Positions 1 to 7,370 of a stretch of DNA of 23,426 nucleotides are shown piece by piece. The position numbers and the translations under genes were made by a program. The DNA is taken from positions 1 to 23,426 of the forward strand of contig JBAXKK010000036.1 of NCBI GenBank assembly GCA_037137395.1, in the 5' to 3' direction. Numbering within the stretch: position 1 is the stretch's first letter; every line of letters begins with the position of its first letter. Source of the DNA: Elusimicrobiota bacterium. GTDB taxonomy: Bacteria > Elusimicrobiota > Elusimicrobia > Elusimicrobiales > UBA9959. Below the pieces are notes generated by a model. That model did not search any database, was not told the DNA's origin, and saw nothing but the letters and a program-made list of their open reading frames with translations.

Positions 1-114
1 CATAGGCCGTTTGTCGGCCATAGGCCCTGATACGGCACTGGCATAGCCTTGCGCTTGATCCTCGACCCGCTGCTGCGGGGAATCCTGCAGAATAATCCTG
101 TTCCTTGATTTCAT
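1..114 (-). CDS. Possible 5' part of the next gene of the minus-strand operon (hypothetical, runs off the left edge)
   Basis: ATG at 114-112 opens a stop-free frame to base 1 (MKSRNRIILQDSPQQRVEDQAQGYASAVSGPMADKRPM...), 37 nt downstream of the 152 stop and co-oriented. No clear RBS and no recognisable motif. Confidence 0.3.
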   Translation of the reverse strand, partial: MKSRNRIILQDSPQQRVEDQAQGYASAVSGPMADKRPM

Positions 115-144
115 AGATGAGATATACCTTGAACTGCAGGATTC
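80..144. repeat. 11-bp perfect inverted repeat
   Basis: GAATCCTGCAG (80-90) and CTGCAGGATTC (134-144) are exact reverse complements. The 43-nt loop contains the putative ATG at 114. Confidence 0.6.
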
Positions 145-151
145 AGGTTAA

Positions 152-1318
152 TCATGTCAGCCGCCGATCTTGCGCCAGCGACCAGAAATATTTTCCGGTT
201 TTAAAGCTTCTTTTAACGCGGCCTTTCTTGACCAGCGCCTCGCCGGTGGTCAGGACGCTTGAGCCGTCCCTGCAGTCGTGGCAAAGCGGCAGGTTGCGCG
301 CGAGAGCGAGCACACGAGCCGTGGAGATATCGTTCTCTTTTTTAAGAACTTCCACGAAGCATTTTTCCAGGCTGTCCAGATATCCCGGTTCGGGACGCAG
401 CGCCCTTTTCTTCGCCGGCCGTGTTACCGGCTTAAATCCTTTCCAACCGAAAAGCTCCAGATAATTATGATCTACTCCGGAGCATCGCCTTTTGAATACG
501 CAGCCGGCGCAGACCGGCCCGCGCTCTTTGGCGTCGGCGATGTTGGAGTCCAGATCCCAGGTTCGGCCCAGAGGCGCGGCTACCAGGGTGTTAAATTTGT
601 AAAGTTCTACGGCCCGGGTTTCATGGCCGGGAAGCAGGCAGGGGGGCATGTTGAGAGCTTTTACGCCTTTTCCCAAGCCAGCGGCCTGCGCCAGGTCAAG
701 CGCTTCGGTTATAAACTTTGAAGCGTCAGGCATGCTGACTCCAAGCGTCCGATAGTTCCTGCGCATATTGCCAACATAGATAGGATAGATAAGCACGAAA
801 TTTGATACCCCGCGGTCCATAAAGAACCTCATGGATTTTTTTAGCCGGCGGTAATTTTGCTTTGTCAGCAGCAGATTAACGCCTACGGAGAGGTGCAGCG
901 CGAGCATGTTGTCCAGGCCGCGCAGGCTTTTTTTAAAAGATCCGGTTTTGCCTGTGCAGCGGTCATGAGCGCGTGCGTTTTCGCCAAGAAAGGTGAATTT
1001 GCATACGGTCAGGCCGGCCTCCGCCAGAGTCCGGCACAGCTTCGGACTGGAGAGTTTCATGCCGTTGGTTTGCAGCCTTACCGCCTTAAATCCAACTTTG
1101 CGGGCCATGGCGGTCAGTGACGGCAGGTCTGAGCGCAGCAATGCCTCGCCGCCGGAAAAACCGAGCCGCTGATACCCCAACTTTTTGGCTGTGTATATAT
1201 GCCGCACGGCCGCCTTCAGTTCAGTAGTCGCCGCGGGATCAAAATCGCTCTGCGAGCAGAATCCGCAGGCCAGATCGCAGTTGTGATTAAGGATTATTTC
1301 GTAGCACTGTTTGGTCAT
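152..1318 (-). CDS. Radical SAM protein (HxsC-like C-terminal Cys motif) with an extra C-terminal winged-helix-like domain
   Basis: CDLACGFC (CxxxCxxC), FSGGEA, LQTNG, NMPPCLL, tail CAGCVFKRRCSG...YLELFGWKGFKPV, then about 75 extra residues containing CHDC. ATG at 1318 (MTKQCYEII) is preferred over ATT 1360 because it aligns with the N-terminus of paralog 1394-2314. Confidence 0.9.
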   Translation of the reverse strand: MTKQCYEIILNHNCDLACGFCSQSDFDPAATTELKAAVRHIYTAKKLGYQRLGFSGGEALLRSDLPSLTAMARKVGFKAVRLQTNGMKLSSPKLCRTLAEAGLTVCKFTFLGENARAHDRCTGKTGSFKKSLRGLDNMLALHLSVGVNLLLTKQNYRRLKKSMRFFMDRGVSNFVLIYPIYVGNMRRNYRTLGVSMPDASKFITEALDLAQAAGLGKGVKALNMPPCLLPGHETRAVELYKFNTLVAAPLGRTWDLDSNIADAKERGPVCAGCVFKRRCSGVDHNYLELFGWKGFKPVTRPAKKRALRPEPGYLDSLEKCFVEVLKKENDISTARVLALARNLPLCHDCRDGSSVLTTGEALVKKGRVKRSFKTGKYFWSLAQDRRLT

Positions 1319-1335
1319 CGTGTAGTAAGGCGGGT

Positions 1336-1377
1336 AAAGACGAAGGTGCCGGTAAATCAAAATCCATCTTCGTCTTT
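1336..1377. promoter_or_regulatory. Intergenic stem-loop between the two paralogous radical SAM genes
   Basis: AAAGACGAAGGTG (1336-1348) pairs with CATCTTCGTCTTT (1365-1377): 12 of 13 Watson-Crick pairs and a 16-nt loop. No long U tract follows on the minus strand. Confidence 0.55.
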
Positions 1378-1393
1378 TCCAGCAGCTCAGCCG

Positions 1394-2314
1394 CTATTTT
1401 GTTTTAAGTTTTAAGAAATTTTTTACGGGTTTGAATTCCGTCCAGCCGTAGAGTTTCGGATACTCCCGCCACGGCCCTTCGCAGATCTCTAAATACTTGC
1501 ACTGGGCGCAGCGCGGACCTTTAACCTTGCCTTCCGCGCGACGGTAAGCGCCGTAATCTTCTATAAAGCGGTCGGCGTCCACTACCGGGCCGGCCGGTAT
1601 GATGCGCTCCGCCACGCAGGCTTCGTACCCTTTCATCAGGCAGAAAGGTATGGCCTCCGTGTAGCACAATACGCCTTTTTTTCGCCCCAGATCCAGGGCC
1701 TTTTTAAGATATGGCATGACGGCGGTTTTGCGCGGCACCAGCAGTTTTTTATTTTCGGCCGCGGAACCGACTATATGGATAAAGGCGAACTGGTACTGGC
1801 TCACGCCAAGTTTTATCAGCAAGGCCGCGATGGCCGGCAGTTCCCTGTAATTCGCTGAGGTCACTACTGTGTTGGTCAGGACTGGCAGGCCGGTCCTGAC
1901 CGCGTTGGCTATGCCTGTCACACTCTGCGTGAAGCTGCCTTTGGCGCCGGTCAGCGCGTCATGCGTAGCCGCCTTGGCGCCGTGAAGACTGGGCCCCACC
2001 TCGGTCAGACCGGCTTTTACCAGTTCCCTGCAGAAGCCGGGGTAGGCAAGGGTGCGTCCGTTGGTCTGGAGCTGTATGCTGTTAAAACCGATTTTTGCGG
2101 CGGTCCTTATAAAGTCAATTATGGCCGGGTGCATACTGGGTTCGCCGCCGGTGAAGACGACGCCCCGCACGCCGCTTTTATAAGCCTTCTTAAGTTCCGC
2201 CGTCACGGTTTCCGCGCTCCGGTCGGGATACATATCACGCTTATGACCCTGCGCGCAGAAACCGCAGAGGTTGTTGCAGCGGAATGAAATCTTTATATCT
2301 ATTCGTTTATCCAT
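1394..2314 (-). CDS. Radical SAM protein (HxsC-like clade)
   Basis: CNNLCGFC, FTGGEP, LQTNGR, AIPFCLM and C-terminal CAQCKYLEICEG...YPKLYGWTEFKPV. Overlaps the upstream gene by 8 nt. Confidence 0.92.
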   Translation of the reverse strand: MDKRIDIKISFRCNNLCGFCAQGHKRDMYPDRSAETVTAELKKAYKSGVRGVVFTGGEPSMHPAIIDFIRTAAKIGFNSIQLQTNGRTLAYPGFCRELVKAGLTEVGPSLHGAKAATHDALTGAKGSFTQSVTGIANAVRTGLPVLTNTVVTSANYRELPAIAALLIKLGVSQYQFAFIHIVGSAAENKKLLVPRKTAVMPYLKKALDLGRKKGVLCYTEAIPFCLMKGYEACVAERIIPAGPVVDADRFIEDYGAYRRAEGKVKGPRCAQCKYLEICEGPWREYPKLYGWTEFKPVKNFLKLKTK

Positions 2315-3002
2315 TCGGGATGAAGGTCTCCACCAGGCGTGTTATGGATTTGTGCTTGAGGGGGCGGTTAGGTGTGAAATAAGCGTTGCCGCGCATGTAA
2401 AGCGGCTCATCCAGCACTTTTGGATTAGTGAGTTTTACCGGCGCACCTTTGCAGGCTCCGGCGCAGGGGCTTGAATTAAATTTCCTGAGCAGGGGACAAA
2501 ACCTGGTAACCGAACGGAATCTGAGCGGGTAATTAAAATGCACGCGGCCTTTATATCCTTTCAGCTTCTCCATGACTTCGCTGCAGTCGGTTTCCACTGC
2601 TTCTATCGCGTAGGTTTTGCAGAAAGAATTAAGAAATTTTTTCTCCATTCGGCCGATCTCCCACATAAGGAGTCTGCCCAGTATTGGCTTCGCTTTTCCC
2701 GGGTATTTTTTATTCAGCAGGGCCAGCAGCCCCCAATCGTTGACTACTATTTCAAAGCTCCTCTGCTTTGACAAAAAGCCGGCCGCAAGGTCGGCGGCTT
2801 TTTGAAGGCCGGTGTCGCTAAGCATCGCGGTCATGGTCACTATGCGGCCCGGGAAAAGAGCACGCAGTTTCTTGAAGTCAGCGGGGGAAGGCAGTTTGTT
2901 CTGGCAGAACTCGCTGCCGAGATAAACGGCGTCGCAGTCTTTGAGCCTGGCGGCGGTGACTAAATTGAGGTCAGAGGGTGTTAAAGATATAGTTCTTTCC
3001 AT
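2307..3002 (-). CDS. Short U32-family (UbiV-like) putative Fe-S protein, copy 2
   Basis: DAVYLGSEFCQNKLPS resembles the UbiV YLGE..C motif. Also EIVVNDWG and C-x10-C-x3-C (CPLLRKFNSSPCAGAC). Paralog of 3955-4656. Confidence 0.72.
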   Translation of the reverse strand: MERTISLTPSDLNLVTAARLKDCDAVYLGSEFCQNKLPSPADFKKLRALFPGRIVTMTAMLSDTGLQKAADLAAGFLSKQRSFEIVVNDWGLLALLNKKYPGKAKPILGRLLMWEIGRMEKKFLNSFCKTYAIEAVETDCSEVMEKLKGYKGRVHFNYPLRFRSVTRFCPLLRKFNSSPCAGACKGAPVKLTNPKVLDEPLYMRGNAYFTPNRPLKHKSITRLVETFIPNG

Positions 3003-3906
3003 AGTTCTGCGCCTCCTTTATGGCCCTTGAACCCTCAAAGACGAATAATTCTTTTGAAATGCCTTTTTCCAGCAGTTTCATCAGATAAACGGTTTTAGCG
3101 AAAACCTCTATGACCTCGGCCACATTGGGGCCCCTGGCGACTTTCATGCAGTCGGCCCCCAGATGGTAGAAATCATAGAGCGTAGAAAGCAGCCATCGGT
3201 TATCCGGCATCGGCATCTGATAGGTTCCGCCGTCGCGGTTAAGCTGGGACTGGCAGGTGAAAGGACGTGGTTTTTTGCCGGCTACGATCTCCTGGCCGCA
3301 TGGGCACCACATCGAGCACAGCGGATTGAGGTTCGCCTCATAAAAAAGCGGCAGGCAGAATATTTCTATATCTATCCCCTGCTTGTTGTTGAAGAAAGGT
3401 GCGGCCTCTTCGGTGGAGAGCTGCTGTGGGAGAACTATGCGGTTTACGCCGCGCTTGCCGAAAAACTCCATCGCGCCGCGGTTGAAGCAGAGGGCCAGCG
3501 TGCTAAGCGTGAAATAGGTCTTTATCCTGTGTTTTTTAAAATAGTCCAGCAGAGCGATATCCCTTATGATGACGCCGTCCATGCCCCTTTCCACCAGGGC
3601 TGCTACGGTCCTAGCGGCCTTGTCAAATTCAGGGTCGGGGAAAATATCATTGGCTACCAGAAAAGCTTTCTTGTTCAGGGAATGAGCCAGATCTATGGTC
3701 CTGTGTATCTCGGCCATCGAAGGAAAATTCTCGGCCCTGACTCCGTGGTTCGGGATTTCTGGCAGGCCGCAATAGACCTCGTCGGCGCCGCGGGTCAGAA
3801 AATATTCCGCCTCTTTGGCCGTGCGGACTCCCACGGTCATTTCCATCCGGGTTCTTTTTCTTTTAACCGGGGTTGCGGGCGTTAGCGGGTTTTTCTTAGC
3901 TCTCAT
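2971..3906 (-). CDS. Long U32-family (UbiU/TrhP-like) putative Fe-S protein, copy 2
   Basis: GADEVYCG, DGVIIRDIAL, LSTLALCFN, RIVLPQQLS, EIFC-x12-C-x3-C...C and MKVAR. GAGG RBS 4 nt before ATG 3906. Paralog of 4619-5497. Confidence 0.85.
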   Translation of the reverse strand: MRAKKNPLTPATPVKRKRTRMEMTVGVRTAKEAEYFLTRGADEVYCGLPEIPNHGVRAENFPSMAEIHRTIDLAHSLNKKAFLVANDIFPDPEFDKAARTVAALVERGMDGVIIRDIALLDYFKKHRIKTYFTLSTLALCFNRGAMEFFGKRGVNRIVLPQQLSTEEAAPFFNNKQGIDIEIFCLPLFYEANLNPLCSMWCPCGQEIVAGKKPRPFTCQSQLNRDGGTYQMPMPDNRWLLSTLYDFYHLGADCMKVARGPNVAEVIEVFAKTVYLMKLLEKGISKELFVFEGSRAIKEAQNYGKNYIFNTL

Positions 3907-3910
3907 GATT

Positions 3911-3927
3911 CCTCTTTGGATATTATA
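3911..3927 (-). promoter_or_regulatory. Internal -10 element (TATAAT) and RBS upstream of the second U32 pair
   Basis: Minus strand reads ...ttgttatatataatatccaaaGAGGaatcATG. Perfect TATAAT at 3927-3922 in an AT-rich 48-bp gap. No convincing -35. Confidence 0.45.
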
Positions 3928-3954
3928 TATAACAATACGAGTGAGGAAATGTTT

Positions 3955-4656
3955 TTAGCGGTCCTGTTTTCCCCGGCCGGTCAGCGGCATAGTTACCTCG
4001 CGCCAGGCGGTTTTATCCGCCCGGGACGGGGGAACAGGAGTGAAATACGCTTTTTCAGCCAGGACCAGTTTGAAATCCAGACAGCGGCTGGAAAGTTTCA
4101 GAAGCCTGCCTTCGCAGGAGTGATCGCAGACGGACTTGAAATGCCGCTCAAAAGGGCAGTAGGTCGTGACGGCCCTGAATATTAATCCGTGGTGGCGTGA
4201 GACCTTCAGCCCGAGTCTTCCGGAAACAAGTGTTTCAAGTTCCGGGGTGTCGGCTTCGGCTGAAATTATGGCGTTTTTTTTCAGGAAACTCCGCGCCCAG
4301 CCGCGCTCCATCTTAACAAGTTCCCGGACCATAAGTCTGCCGGCTGAAACACGCGTCTGGCCGTATGCCCTGACCACCGGCAGGAATCCCCAATCGTTTA
4401 CTACGACTTCCCGGACCAGTCCTCCGCCCAGCCGGCTCAAAAGCTCTTTCCACCGGGCCAGGCCGCTATCTGTCATAAGCGAAGTGGCCAGCGCAAGGGA
4501 GCCGGGGAATATTTTCCCAAGCTTTTTAAGGCATTCAGGCGAAGGGACCTGATTCTGGCAGAATTCGCTGCCCACGATGAGCGTGGAATAGGCGGCCAGT
4601 TTTTCAGGCAATATCGCTTCAGCCTGCGAAGGGTTTAAAAGTAAAGCTTTTTCCAT
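3955..4656 (-). CDS. Short U32-family (UbiV-like) putative Fe-S protein, copy 1
   Basis: IVGSEFCQNQVPS, EVVVNDWG, GRLM and C-x9-C-x3-C (CPFERHFKSVCDHSC). Confidence 0.72.
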   Translation of the reverse strand: MEKALLLNPSQAEAILPEKLAAYSTLIVGSEFCQNQVPSPECLKKLGKIFPGSLALATSLMTDSGLARWKELLSRLGGGLVREVVVNDWGFLPVVRAYGQTRVSAGRLMVRELVKMERGWARSFLKKNAIISAEADTPELETLVSGRLGLKVSRHHGLIFRAVTTYCPFERHFKSVCDHSCEGRLLKLSSRCLDFKLVLAEKAYFTPVPPSRADKTAWREVTMPLTGRGKQDR

Positions 4657-5497
4657 ATTCTAAAGGTTTAGCGTCCAGTTTTCGGCCTTCGTGCACGAAG
4701 AGCTTGCGGGAGATTCCTTTTTCCAGCAGCTTAAGAAGATATCTGGCCTTGTGGAACAGATCTATCTGGCGCAGGGTGTTTGGCCAGCGCGCCACTTTCA
4801 GATGGCCTATGCCGGACTTGTAGTGATCGTAAAAAGCGTTAAGCATGTAGTCGGGGCCTGGCATCGGCATAAAAAATTCTTTCGCGCCGTTCTTGAAAGG
4901 CAGCAGACATGTGAAATCCCTGAAGCCGCCTTTTACATGCTGACCGGTCTGAGGGCAGGGTAGTGAGCAGAGGGAATCCACGTTTATGCCGTAATAGAGA
5001 GCCTGGCAGAAGACTTCGGTCTCTATGCCGAACCGGTTTTTTACGAGGCCGGCGGAGTTTTCCGGCATCATCTGCATGGGGAGGACGAGTCTGGAGACGC
5101 CCAGATCCGCGAAAAATCCCAGCGCTTTTGAGTTGAAGCAGTTTGCCAGAGTGCTTAAAGTAAAATAAAAACGGAATTTATTTTTCTTAAAATAGGCGAG
5201 CAGGGCCGGGTCACGCACTATGACGCCGGAAAGGCCTTTGGCTTTGAGGTCGGTCAGAAGCCGCAGCGTCAGGGCGTATTCTTTCTCGTGAACTATTTCG
5301 TTGGCGGCGACAAAGACTTTTTTCCCGCGGGCGCGCGCCAGTTTTATTATCTCTTCTACGGCGCCGGGGCCGGAGAGGTTCTCGCGGGGAAGCCTGTTAT
5401 TGTGCAGCCCGATCAGGCCGCAATAAACCTCGTCAGCCCCTGAGGTAAGGAAATATCCGGCCTCTTTTACAGATTTTACTCCGACGGTTATCTTCAT
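4619..5497 (-). CDS. Long U32-family (UbiU/TrhP-like) putative Fe-S protein, copy 1
   Basis: GADEVYCG, GVIVRDPAL, LSTLANCFN, RLVLP, EVFC-x12-C-x3-C-x15-C and LKVAR. Confidence 0.85.
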   Translation of the reverse strand: MKITVGVKSVKEAGYFLTSGADEVYCGLIGLHNNRLPRENLSGPGAVEEIIKLARARGKKVFVAANEIVHEKEYALTLRLLTDLKAKGLSGVIVRDPALLAYFKKNKFRFYFTLSTLANCFNSKALGFFADLGVSRLVLPMQMMPENSAGLVKNRFGIETEVFCQALYYGINVDSLCSLPCPQTGQHVKGGFRDFTCLLPFKNGAKEFFMPMPGPDYMLNAFYDHYKSGIGHLKVARWPNTLRQIDLFHKARYLLKLLEKGISRKLFVHEGRKLDAKPLEYGKSFTFKPFAG

Positions 5498-5507
5498 GGG
5501 TAGCAGT

Positions 5508-7310
5508 TTAGCGAGTTCTCATCCAGAGTTCCAGCATGAACAGGTTCCAGAGCCTGCCGTTGTGATCTTTCTCACCGGTCAGATGTTCCAAAAAAAGTTT
5601 TTCCACGGCTTTGCGCTTAAAAATATGTGCGGTTCTGGCGTCCGAAGAAAGCATGGAATCCCGGAAGAGCTTGTTCAGAGAACCCTTTATCCAAAGTCCG
5701 GCGGGTACGCTGAAGCCGCGCTGTTTAGCGGCGGTTATCTGACGCGGCAGATGTCGTTCCATCGTTTTGCGGAGTATGAATTTGCAGTTGCCGAGTCCGG
5801 GGAGTTTCCATTTTTCCGGCAGTGAGCGGGCAAGTTCCACAAGATTGTGGTCCATATAAGGGAAGACCACTCTCATGCCGGCGCGCGCGGCAGTGGCGCG
5901 CAGTCTGGGCACGGTGCATTCCGGATGGAAGGCGCAGAGGTCAGGCAGAGTAAGCCTGTTCAGCCAATCCTGCCCCGCCGTGTCTTTGATAATTTTTTGT
6001 ATAAGCCCGGAGGCAGTTTCGTGCTGCGTCCCGAGCGAAGCGTGGAATTCAGGGCGGCAGAGCTCCCGCCTTTCCTGTTTGAGGTAAAAATCGCCCGTGT
6101 CACAGAAGTAGATGCGGGAAAGCTCGGAGTAGATAAGTTTAAGTCTCTTATCGGTGGTATTGCGGATCTTGTCGGCCATATATGACGGCAGGCGGCTGCC
6201 GGCGGCTTGAGCTTTTGCCAGCAGAAGTTCCATTTCCGGGGCTTTTTGTTCCCGCGCCATATTGATCATCTGTCTTACGCGGCCGTAGCCCGCGAAGTTC
6301 TCGTCGCCTCCGTCCCCCGAGAACATGACATTGGCCACACCCTTCATCTGCTGCGCCGCTTTCCAAAGAGGAAAGGCGCACTGGTCCGCCTGCGGCTCGC
6401 CGTAAGCGGCGGACATTTCCAGAATATCTTTCTCGCCGGGCTCACCGTAATATATCTCATGGTGGTGCGAGCGGATGGCTCTTGCCAGAGTCCTTCCGGG
6501 ACCGAAAAAATCCCATTCTTTTCCCTCTACTCCGAGGGTGAAGGTGTTGACATCCGCACCGCAATGTATGGCCAGGGCTGAAACAGAAGAGGAATCTATG
6601 CCGCCCGAGACCATGGCGGCCGCTTGTTTCTCCTTGCCCAGGCGGTGCCTGGTGGCGTCCACAAGCGCCGAGTGCACGGCTTCGGAAGCTTCGTTAAAGG
6701 AGGAGAACCGGCCCTCTTTCATGGGCGGGGTCCAATACGCGCTTATAGATATTTTTTCGCCGCGCAGGGTCAGCACGGAGGCCGGCGGCAGTTTCCTCAC
6801 CCCTTTATACATGGTGAAGGGAGAGGGGATATAGCGCATGGTGAGGTAAAGATCTACGGCGCGCGGATCGGTCCCGGCGTCTACTCCCGGCAGGCGGCTC
6901 AGCATGGCGGGGTCCGAAGCCCAGGCTATGCCGCCGGAGAAGACAGCGTAAAAAACCGGGATCTCGGAAAAGCGGTCGGTCCCAAGCAGGATAGAATTAT
7001 TGTCCGCGTCATACATGACTAAAGCAAATTGCCCGCGCAGGGCGGAAGGAAAAGCGCTTCCCAGTTTTTGGTAAAAGGCGGCCGCGTCTTTGGCGCTTAC
7101 GTCGGGGCTTTCAAGCTGCAGCCATGAACCGGACTTCCCGGCAGAGTTAAGAATGGAGCTTCCGGGCGGAAGGGCCAGACCCGGGGCGGGGGAGAGTGGT
7201 ACGGCGGCTTTCGTTTTGTCTTCGCGGCTAAGGATGTCGCGGAGCAATTTTGCCGGTCTGACGCGGTTTTTATTGAAAAGATATATTCCCGCGAAGTAAT
7301 TCGGTCCCAC
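5508..7310 (-). CDS. Asparagine synthetase-like ATP-dependent amide ligase lacking the N-terminal glutaminase Cys
   Basis: LRGQFAL, DRFSEIPVFY, SGGIDSS PP-loop, SGDGGDENFAGY, FPYMDH and KQRGFSVP. GTG start with AGGGG RBS 5 nt upstream. N-terminus is MGPNYFAGIY rather than MCGI. Confidence 0.9.
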   Translation of the reverse strand: MGPNYFAGIYLFNKNRVRPAKLLRDILSREDKTKAAVPLSPAPGLALPPGSSILNSAGKSGSWLQLESPDVSAKDAAAFYQKLGSAFPSALRGQFALVMYDADNNSILLGTDRFSEIPVFYAVFSGGIAWASDPAMLSRLPGVDAGTDPRAVDLYLTMRYIPSPFTMYKGVRKLPPASVLTLRGEKISISAYWTPPMKEGRFSSFNEASEAVHSALVDATRHRLGKEKQAAAMVSGGIDSSSVSALAIHCGADVNTFTLGVEGKEWDFFGPGRTLARAIRSHHHEIYYGEPGEKDILEMSAAYGEPQADQCAFPLWKAAQQMKGVANVMFSGDGGDENFAGYGRVRQMINMAREQKAPEMELLLAKAQAAGSRLPSYMADKIRNTTDKRLKLIYSELSRIYFCDTGDFYLKQERRELCRPEFHASLGTQHETASGLIQKIIKDTAGQDWLNRLTLPDLCAFHPECTVPRLRATAARAGMRVVFPYMDHNLVELARSLPEKWKLPGLGNCKFILRKTMERHLPRQITAAKQRGFSVPAGLWIKGSLNKLFRDSMLSSDARTAHIFKRKAVEKLFLEHLTGEKDHNGRLWNLFMLELWMRTR

Positions 7311-7315
7311 GTCGT

Positions 7316-7370
7316 CCCCTATGAAAAGTTGATCTGTATCATCGTATAAAATTTAAGGTTCGCAGGGCAA
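7316..7370 (-). promoter_or_regulatory. Possible sigma70-type promoter and RBS for the AsnB-like/U32 sub-operon
   Basis: Minus strand TTGCCC (7370-7365)-N18-TACGAT (7346-7341), then AGGGG (7320-7316) before GTG 7310. Confidence 0.35.

Noticed and set aside
3163..3885. 240-aa plus-strand ORF, and many other 60-170 aa antisense ORFs in the track
   Set aside because: They lie entirely opposite well-supported genes and have no motifs; such shadow ORFs are expected in GC-rich coding DNA.
2307..5497. Calling these genes ubiU/ubiV or collagenase-type proteases
   Set aside because: Cys spacing differs, the pair is duplicated, there is no ubiT or ubi context, and characterised U32 members of this kind are Fe-S hydroxylation factors; symbols withheld.
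5508..7310. Housekeeping asnB or a definite lasso-peptide cyclase
   Set aside because: The missing N-terminal Cys argues against asnB; no lasso peptidase, RRE or precursor gene is in the window.
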